Virus record (IMG/VR): IMGVR_UViG_3300036768_001555
Span: 1-58,542 of that record
Length of the DNA stretch: 58,542 nucleotides
Strand: one strand, 5' to 3'
DNA from: a virus
Lineage: Duplodnaviria > Caudoviricetes
This document shows positions 1-10,000 of this stretch, piece after piece; the first letter of the stretch is position 1; each line of letters starts with the position of its first letter. The translations under genes were made by a program, and so were the position numbers. Under the pieces are notes generated by a model. That model did not search any database. It was not told the DNA's origin and saw nothing but the letters and a program-made list of their open reading frames with translations.

Positions 1-1076
1 CGTGCGGCGCTCGCGGAGACGCAGCGCGAGACTGACCGTGCGGTGCGCAGCATTCAAGACCGATTGGATGCGGTCAAGCGCACGGGGAGCGACTTATTCA
101 GACCGCTCGTTGCAGGCGTCTTCGGTGCGGGCGGCGTGATCGCTGGGGTGCGCGCTGCGACGAAGGCGTTCTCTGAGTACGAGGACGCGGTCATCTCACT
201 CAGCAACAAGCTCAACAAGCCAGTAGATCAGATCAAGGATGTGACCGACGCCCTGGATGATCTGGCGCGTCGCCTGCCGATCACCCGTGAGCAAATGCTT
301 AAGATCGCTGAGGTCGGTGTAACATTCGGTGAGACCTCAGCAGCTGGTCTGGCGCGTTTCGTAGAGACGGTCGAGAAGTTCTCCAAGACGACCGGCGTCG
401 CTGCTGAAGAGGGAGCCACGGCGCTCGGTCGCTTGGCACGGGCGTTCAACATCCCTCTGGCAGAGGTAGATAAGCTCGCCTCAGCGATCAATGGAATCTC
501 CAACCAGTTCCCTGTAGACCTCAACGTGATGATAACGGGGATGCAGAGGTTCTCCGCAGCGGCGCAAGCCCTGGGGATACCTGTGGACAAGGTGCTCGCG
601 CTCTCAGGGGCGTTGGCGTCAACAGGGGCGCAGGCGCAGCGGCTCCTGCCCGCTGTTGCTGCGCTGCTCGATGACATTGCGATCAAGGCCGGAGATATGG
701 CGGCGGCCATCGGCATCTCGCTCGATGAGTTCACACGCCGCCTTAAGGAAGACCCCATTGAGTTTCTCGCGCAGATCGAGCCGCTCGTGGAGGGAAACAC
801 CGATGCGCTGAAGCTCTTCGGTGACCAAGGGGTCAAGGTCTTGCGCGAGTTGGCCGCGTCGCATGATCTCTACGGCAGAGCAGTCAAGATTGTCAATGAG
901 GAGCTGAAGACCGGTCAGGCGCTCCAAGAGGATTATACGAAGGTCGTAGCTTCAACGTCGTCTCAGATGACGATATTCGGGAACAAGCTGCGCATCCTGT
1001 GGCAGACCGTAGGGCAGCAGGTTGCTCCAGCGTTCACGGCGGCGCTGGGGGCGCTCACGCCGTTTGTGGATGAGCT
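1..1076 (+). repeat. Imperfect terminal direct repeat, copy 1 (matches 57467-58542)
   Basis: Colinear with no indels and many substitutions up to position 975; 976-1076 is identical to 58442-58542. Confidence 0.95.
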
Positions 1077-4000
1077 GACGGTGATGGTGCGCAACATCGG
1101 CCCAGTGCTGACGCAGCTAGAGCAAGTCGGGGAGTCCATCAAGGGGGTCTTCGCTGCACTCGTCGGCGGGCAAGAGAACCTTGACAAACTTGTTGGAATC
1201 ATTGCCAAGGGTGCTGCAGGCTTAGCGGCGTTCACCGCTGCGGTCGCGATGCTCAATGGTGCCTTCGGACTGCTGGGGAAGATTGGAGCGTTCGCTGTCG
1301 CGAATATCTCCCTCGTCGTCGGTGCCCTGGGAACGCTGGCCTCGCCGCTGGTGCTCATCTCCACGCTCTTGGTCACGCTGTACACGGCGTGGGTGAAAAA
1401 CTGGGGCGGGATACGCGACTTCACTGAGGGGATTACCCAGAAGCTCAGCGAGATGTTTGCAGGCATCCTTGCTGGCGCAAGCGAGGCTGGAAAGGCTGTA
1501 GCGAGCCTTGCGCAGGGGGCATTCCAGGGCACGATCGCTATCGGCAAGCTCGTGATAGACTTCGCCAGTGATGCAGCGAAGTCAGCCTATGACTGGCTGC
1601 GAGAGAACTCTGCGGAGCTGCGCGATCGTGGCATTCGTCTCGTCATTGGCCTTGCTGAGGGCGCGCAGGCGCTCTGGGAGAAGATTGCTTCGGGAGAGAT
1701 CGTCGTTTCGGTGAAGGGGGTGCTCGATGAGGCACTCGTCTGGGTGAGGGATGCTGCGGGGAAGACCCTGGAGGCAATCACAATTGTCGTGCGCTGGTCA
1801 GGAGAAAAGATCACTGAGCTGCTCGCATCTCTGCAACAGAATGAACTCGTCCTCTCGATCAAGGACACGGCGAGCGAGGTCTTGCAGCGAATCGTCGCGT
1901 GGTGGAAGAGCCTTGCTGAGGATTCGCGGCGCGTGCTGGAAGTCACAGTGCATGGCGGAGAAAAGGCGATCCAGGCCGTCGTAACTACAGGGAGGCTTGT
2001 GATAGACTTCGCCAGCGACGCGGCGCGGAGCGCCTACACCTGGCTCATGGAGCATGGGGACGCACTTCGCCAGCAGGGGATCGCCATCTCTGTCTCAGTT
2101 GCGGAAGAGGCACGACAGTTCATCGCTGGGATTCAGCAGAACCGGCTGGTAATCACAGTACAGGATCAAGCGAGCGAGGTCTTGCAACGCATCCAGCAGT
2201 TGTGGGCCGAGTTCGCCGCCGATCCTCAGCGGGCGCTCAAAGTCGTCGTGGAAGCCGGTGGGGGCGCCCTGGAGGCTCTTCAGCAAGGGGCAGCCTCGGC
2301 CACGGAGTCAGTCAAGGGATTGCTCGCTGGAGCGCAGCAGCTCGATCTGTCCCCACTGACGAACGTCTGGGAGACGATCCGCTCTGGGGCGGAGGCCGCA
2401 GGGAAGGCGCTGCTGGACTTCCTCTCTGGCATAGATAAAGCTGTCGCTTCAGGGGTTACGTTTGAGCAGCAGGTGCTCTCGCGCTGGGGAGAAGCCATTC
2501 GCACAAGCCTCTCGCAAGCAACGGAGTTTCTCCATCAGGGTGACTTTGTCCAGTCGTTCATCGCTGGGTTTTCGGATATTGCGCAGAAGGCGGCAGCGGC
2601 GTTCGTCGGCATTTTCAAGGGTGCGCTCGTCGGCGCGGAGTTTTTTGCGACGCTCGCGGGCGACTTTGCCAAGTTCATCGCGGACAATGCTAATGAATTT
2701 GCCAAGGTCATCATTGCCTGGCGGCAGCAGCTCGTCCAGGCGTTGCAGCAAGAGGACGTTGCCAAGGAAATCGTGCAGCTTGGGGGAGCTATCGCCAATG
2801 CGCTCTTTGAGGGCCTCCGCGCTGCTGGGGGGCTGTTCAACGTCTTTGTGCAGCTTGTGCAAACGGAAGTCCAGGGGTTCGTCACCCTGGGCACTCAGAT
2901 CGCTCAAGAGCTATGGAAAGGAATCTCTGGGTATCTCGGTCAGCAGCAGATTCTCCAGGTGTTGAACTTAAACTTCGGCATTGCCTTCCAGGATAAGACA
3001 GATGTATCGCAGGCGCAGCAGGCCATTAGCGACGCTATCGTGAAGGCGATCACTGGTGCTGTTTCTGGGGCTGTCCTCAAGCCGCTCATTGAAAAGGCGA
3101 TCCCTGGCTCGACGTGGATTGAGCGAGTTGCAGCAATCGGCATTCCAGTTGCGTTCGGGATCAACTTCATATTCGGCGGGGAGAAGGGTAACTGGGAAGA
3201 CGCAGTGCTGATCTCCGGTCTGGTGGCCGCCAACCTCGCGCCGATCTTGATCAAAAAGGTGCAGGAGCTTCTGGCAGGGCAGGCGGGTCTGGTGGGGATG
3301 AAGCTCGGCGGCGTGGCGACCGTCGGCGTTGGGATTGGAGCCTCACTGCTATTTAAGTTTATGAGGGCAGAGACTTCCGCAGATGAAGGATTTGCCGACA
3401 AGGTGAACCGCGCGCTCGTCGCTGGGATTCCTGCTGCGTTGGCAGGATTGCTCTCGCTCAAGTTCACGGGGAACGCCTGGGTCGCTACGATCACCGCTGG
3501 GCTGGTGCTGCAACTGCTGTGGGACAAGCTGGAAGCACCACAGAATCTGCCAGAGGAGTGGAAGCAGGTCTTGGCACCGCTCCAGGATGCCGTGAGTGTC
3601 ACACTCCCTGCGCTCCAGACGATGGTCACAAAGCTTGCCGAAGCTTTCGGTGCGCTCTTTGCGCTCCTGCGCGACGTCGGTGCGTTCAACGTCTTCAGTG
3701 CGGCTATCAAGGTTGTCGGCGAGGCCCTCAGCGGGATCGCTGGGGTGCTTCAGATGGTCACCGGTCTGCTCACCGGAGATTGGGTGCTTGCGTGGGAAGG
3801 TGCAAAGAAAGTCCTCGATAGCGTCATCTCCATCCTCAAGACCACCCTTGAAACCCTCGGCGGGATCGCCGCGAAGATTTGGGACATCATCTCTTCGCTG
3901 TTCGGCTTGAAGAATATTGGCGGGGCATTGGAGTCTCCGATCTCGCGCGCGTTCGCCTCTTCGCTGTTCGATCAGCTTCAGAAAGAACTCTCCTCGATGC

Positions 4001-7000
4001 AGCCGGAAGTCAAGGCCAAGCTCGTCCTTGATACGTCTGCTCTGCCCCCAGCAATCCTCGGCACACCGAGCATCCCTGGGATGCGTGACTTTGTCGCCGG
4101 TCTCCAGGCAACGCTCGCCAAGACGTTTGAGGAGCTGCAGCTCCCTGCGGAGCAACAGGGCGCGGTTGACCAGCTCGTGAAGACCGTGGCGAGTCTCTCG
4201 CAGTTGCTCGATGCCTACACGAAAGACCAAAAGCTCACCGCCGATGAGCTTCTCAGTCTCGTCGGTGTGCTGGCGAAGATCGAGCAGATGATGGTCGCTC
4301 TGCCGCAGGACTTGCAAAAGCTCGTGCAGCAGAACGCTGCGATCGCTTCCAACTGGCAGAGCATCGCCGCGAGCTTAGAGGCTCTTGTCGCGCAGATGAA
4401 GCTGCCGGTGGTGCACAAGCAAGCGGGCGGCTTTGTCCCTGGCGTCGGGCGCGGCGACAAGGTTCCGGCGTTGCTAGAGCCTGGGGAGTATGTAATCCCA
4501 CGAGAGATGATCGAGCGGCAGCCTGGCCTCCTGGCTGCATTGGAAGCGGCGCGTCTGGGGAAGCGCCGCTTGCCTGGGTTTGCCAAGGGTGGTCCTGTCT
4601 TGCCTGCGCCATTGTCACTTGATGAACGCGCTCCAGCGGGAGAAACTCTTCTGAATACACTACCAGCTGGTGTCTGGCAGGGGGTTCCAGAGGTCGTGCG
4701 CCGCGCGTTCAATGACGTTGTGTCCGTCCTCAGAGAGATCATCGTCTCGCTCAACCAGATGCTCACTCAGGCGTTCCCTGACCTTGGCCCAGCACAACAG
4801 CAATTGATGAAGTCCTTGCAACAGACGATCGAGAAAATCCACGAACTGGCCCACGAACTGACCACGGCGGTCTCTGCCCCCGAAGCCCCAGCAGCCACTG
4901 CTCCCGCGCCGAGCGGTGTGGGCTTGCCCCCAGCGAAGCAGCGCCTGATGCAATCGCTCTTGACGGAACCGACGACGCTTCCACCGCTTCAGATTGATCC
5001 GTTCATGCAATTTGTCTCCTCGTTAGGGAAGCGCCTGGAGGCAGCGTTCGACGTCTCGGCGTTAAAGACTCTGCGAGAGGAGATACTCGCCTGGGCAACA
5101 CAGATGCAAAATCAGCCGCAGAAGCTCTTCCTCCTGGGCCAAGGGATGGAGGACGTCATTCGTCGCGCGATCGTCTTGCAGAGCACATTCGCAGCGTTGG
5201 GGTTAGACGTCTCTGAGTTCCAGAAGTTTCTTGATGATGCCAAGGAAGCCCAAGTGCAAGCGACCAAGTCGTTCCAAGACGTCCTCAAGGAGATTCTGAA
5301 GGCGCAGCCAGTGGAGGCAGCGCAGCAGCTCAAAGCGCTCGGCGAGTCCATCGGTGACAACGTTGAGCAGATGGACGCCTGGCGCGCAGCAGTGCGCGAG
5401 CTTACGCGCGGGATCGAGACACGGATCGCTTTCTTCGAGGAGCTGGGCAAGACTGACCTGGCGCAGCAGTGGCGCGACACGCTCGCGCAAGTACAAGCGG
5501 TTTTCTCGCCGGATGCCCTGGCCGATCCTCTCGCAGCACTCAAACGCTCTCTGGAATCCCTGGACTTCTCCAATGCCCTCGAAGCTGGTGAACAGCTCCA
5601 CGGCCTAATGCAGCAGAACATTGACCTGGTGCTCAAGGATGTGCGCGCTGGGGAACTGCTCGTGGATGCTAAGCGCCAGCTCTTCCAGCACGTCCAGACG
5701 ATGATTGACGTCTACCGCGAGCTAGGGCTTCCCACTCAGCAGCTAGAGAGCACGCTGGAACAGCTCAATGTGATGTTCGGCTCCGTGGCTGATGCCTTGA
5801 AGCCCTTCCGTGAGGAGCTGGCAAAGCTCCGCGATCTTGAGCCTCTGGAGGCGGTACTGCGCATCCGCGAGATGGCCCGCGAGATCGTGCAGCCAAAGAA
5901 GATGCAGGCTGGTGGCCTCGTCCCAGGCAGCGGCGTTGGCGACAAGGTTCCGGCGTTGCTAGAGCCTGGGGAGTACGTGATTCGCCGCCAGGTTGCCCAG
6001 AAGATGTTGCCACAACTGGAGATGCTCAATGCGCGCGGGTACCAACAGGGTGGGGCAGTCCAGGGCGGCGGGGTCTTCCTCTCACCGTGGGAGATGTATT
6101 GGCAGAGGTGGGCAGAGTCGCTCACGCCGCTGGAGAATATCTCCGTTAGCGCTTATATCGGGGCGTATTATGAGGACATCAATAGCTTCTTGCGCAAACG
6201 CGTCCCTGGCACGAGAAAAATCCCTATATATCCTCCAGAAGGGGAGAGATACATAACCGTAAAAGAGCTTGCGAAACACGTGGAGTCGGCCGTGCAAAAG
6301 GCAAAATTGCCGATCTCCCGCATAGTGTACAGGGGATTCGGGTCGCTCGCGCTAGGGAATCTCGCTCTGGCCAAAGGCCCTGAAGCCTTGGAAGGGCTTA
6401 TCTTCCGTGATCCTGCGTTCCTCTCCACGAGCCTTGATCGAAATGTCGCATATGATTTTGCCCTCGGTAAGATTCAACAAGCTATATATGCGTCTAGCAA
6501 GGGGTACCCACGGTTGGCCTTCATCGGGAAGATGGTGTTGCCAGAGGGCTTTCCCGCTGCCTACCCGTCGGCAGTGTATGGTCCAGATAGCACATGGAGC
6601 TACCTGGAGCGCGAGATACTTGTGCAACGCAACATGCCGTTCCGCATTACGCAAGCCCGTTGGCTCGATGATGATCTTATCGAACTCGCATTAGAGCCGT
6701 TGCAGAAGCTGCCTGCGCGCGCATCCACGATCTTCTCGCTCCTTCTGCCCACGCCGCTGGATGTAGCCCAGGCGTTCCAAGAGGCGACGGCGGCTTGGCT
6801 CATCCAATCTGGTCGGCTCCCGCCTGCCTACGACTGGACGAAGCTCGGCGTCAACGAATACGGCGAACTGATGTACGGCGACAAGGTCATCCTGCGCAAA
6901 GGGGAGCCGATGCCAGGCTTCCAGCCCCCTGGCCTCTTCGATATGACACTGCGTCCGCTGCTGGAATCCTTGGGGTTTGTCAATACGCGCATCGAGCAAG

Positions 7001-10000
7001 CGGCGCTCGATGCGCTGGCGCAGGGATTCTCGCTGGACGAAGCCGAAAAGCTGCTGAATCGCTTGCAGGAGCAGGCATTCCGGCGCGGCGGGACGAGTAG
7101 GCCCAGCATCCCTGAGCGTGCCTCAATGGAGATGTTCCAGAAGGGCGGAGCAGTGGGGATCACGCCAGAGGAGATCGCGCGCACCGCGGAGATGCTCCGC
7201 GACCCACGGTTCGACCTCCCGCTCTCGGCGAAGGCGCTCAATCAAGCGATCGCCGAAGGAAGGTTCTATCCGCTCTTCTTACAAGCGCAACAAGAGCGCA
7301 TCCAAAACATTTTGAAGAACGCTTTGGCAGGCAAGGCAAGCGCCGAGAGGCTCTTCCGCGAGCAGCTCTTCAAAGGACTCTCCGTGGGGATCATCACCGC
7401 GAACGAAGGTGTCAAGATGAGCGAGCAGGATGTCTTGCGGTTTTTCCTGCGCGGCGAGTGGCCTAGTTACCTAGCGTCGCGGCGAGTGCAGGCATTGGAG
7501 TCCGCGGCACAGTATGCCCTCTCGGTAGATATTGCCAAGTTTGCAAGGATGAGTTCTGCCGAGCGGCTCGCAGACATTGCTGAAAACGTTTATGGATTGC
7601 AATACGTGAAGAGTGCATTCGGTTTAACAGTTGGCGGTTTTGAGAATTTAGGGACGCTGGATATTTGGATGAGCCGCGCCACGCTCGGCTCCGCAGCAAT
7701 CCCAAAGTTCTCCTCAGTGGATGAGTATCTTTCGGCACTGGAGAAGACCTTTGGTGCAGTGAGCCAGTCTGGAATCAGGCAGTGGAATGCGTTCTTTGAA
7801 CTAGGGCGGGGGGCTGCACCGCTCTTCGGCGAGGACAAGCTCGACGAGGTGTACACATTCATCGCCAAGGTCTTGCGAGAGCACTATGCGAAGGAGAAGG
7901 GGCTAGTGGCGGAGAGACTGCCTCTGGCGGACTTTCTCAAAGAGGTGCGGTCGCGGGTGCAGTCATTGGGAACGTTTGCGCAGTACAGCCACGCTGCGTT
8001 CTTCCAGGCCCTCGGCCTTACCCCAGATGACCTCCTGCAGGCGATGAACCTCCCGCCGGAGGTGTATGCCAAGGCCCAGAAGCTCTTGCAACGACCGATG
8101 TATGGGATTGAGGCATTGCCTGTCGCGCAGCGAGTGCAGAACTTGGCGCGGCTCCCGCAGGCTGCACGCGAGCTAGGGATCACCAAGACCACAGCCGTGA
8201 GCGAACTCTTCCAGGGAATGGCCTTGGCCTTGCCGACGCTGGCGGAGCCAGGACCGCTGGCATATCGGATCATGCTGCCGCAGGTGCCGGAGAACTTGAT
8301 GGACTTGGTTTCGCAGCATCTCCCTGGGGCAACAATCTACGATGATCTTGTTGGGCAGTTCAAAGGGATGGTGGAGTTCATCGGGGATGCTGCCAGTGCC
8401 ACGTCTATAGAATCCCTGGCAAGGGACTTGGCGAAGGCCGTGCGCTCCCCAGTGACGGTGATGACGGAGAATATTGCGACAGGGCAGGTCGTTGCTGAGA
8501 AGATCACCGAGGCCCTCTCCGAGGCAGGGGAGCAATTGCTGGACGTTCTCTCTGGACAGAATGTGGTGAAGCTCTACACAGAGCGGTTTGATAACCTCGC
8601 TGATTTGGCCAAGAAGTATTTTGAGAAGTTTTCCATCCAGAACGCGACGGGCGTTTGGCAAGGGGCGGTAGAGAAGAGCGCGGTGATCGAGATTCCCTTG
8701 ACGTCCGCAGATATGCTCGCCCGCGCGAGGAAGCTTGCGGAGGAAATCGCCTTGGTGAACAAGCAGCAAGCAGTGATGCTGGTGGGGCGGGACTTGGCCG
8801 GTCGCGGCTTGCAGGAATTTATCTCGGCGCCGCAGCAGGGCGTTGCCAAGGCGATTGCTGGTGCGGGCGAGCTATCGCTGGCCAAGCTGGGTGAGGCGCA
8901 AGCGATGCTCCCGCTCGAAGAGTATATCGCAAAGCTCTACCCGCGTGAGCGGTATCCGCAGCTGTGGGCTGATGAGCAGTTTGTCTCCAATCTCAAGAAA
9001 CTCTCCGCACTCGCCCAGGAGCTGCCTATACGTTCGTTCATTTCTGGATTAGCTGCGCAGAGGATATTCGAGCAGTCCCAGAGCATCATGGGAGCAGTGA
9101 TGGGGAAGACTGTTGAAGACCTCTCGCTTTATCTGAACCCTAATATCTTCGACGTTCCTTCGCTCCAGCAGGCTCTTCAATCCTATGCGGGGAGTGTCTC
9201 GCAAGGTATCTCAGATGTAATCGGGCACGAGCTGGGGCACGTCTTAGACATGATGACCAAGTATGCAGAGACGGGGATAGATGATCCGAGCTTCCGCTAC
9301 GTGAGTAGCGTGCTGACAGATGTTCTGAACACGAACGCTGAGGCTGCGCATGAGTTCATCTCCCTAGCGCTGGAGCGGCGCGGGGCACTCCCTAGCTATG
9401 ACTTTCCGCAGTGGCAGAGGCTCGTCAGCGAGTTGCGCCAACCGCACACGCTTGAGGAAATCTATGATCTCATTAACGAGACGCTGGACTTTGTCTTCTC
9501 CTTGCGCGATCAACCGAGGTTTGGCGGGTACTTCAAGAGCCTGGTGGAGTACAACAGTTTTACCGCGCAGCTTCGGAATCTCAGGGATTACACGCTCTCG
9601 CCGCATGAGCTGATGGCTGAGTTCTTTGCCCTCTACAAAGAGGGGCGCGAAGCTGCGCTGGCCAAGCTCCCCAAAGCGACGCAGGCGTTCGAGGCGCAGG
9701 TGCTCCCACGCATTGCGAAGGCGATCCCAGAGATTCAGCCATACTTTAAGGCCCTGGGTGGCGCGAAGGCATTCTTCGGCCTGGCGCTGCCTGACCCGCT
9801 CTCCGGCCTGATGGATCAATACGAGCGGCTCGCAGCGTTCCTCATTGCAGAGAAAGGGGTTTCTCCTCAAGACCTCTCGCAGCTCAATGTAGACGAGAAG
9901 GGCAACGTCTACATCGGTGAGCGGCTTGTGGTGAAGGCGGGGGAGAAGATACCGGAGAAGTATGCAGGATCGCCGTTTACGGTAGTGCGTCTGCTTGAGG

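Noticed and set aside
1-1076. Diverged repeat pair as a diversity-generating retroelement (TR/VR)
   Set aside because: Substitutions are mostly third-position and not adenine-specific, and I saw no reverse transcriptase gene.
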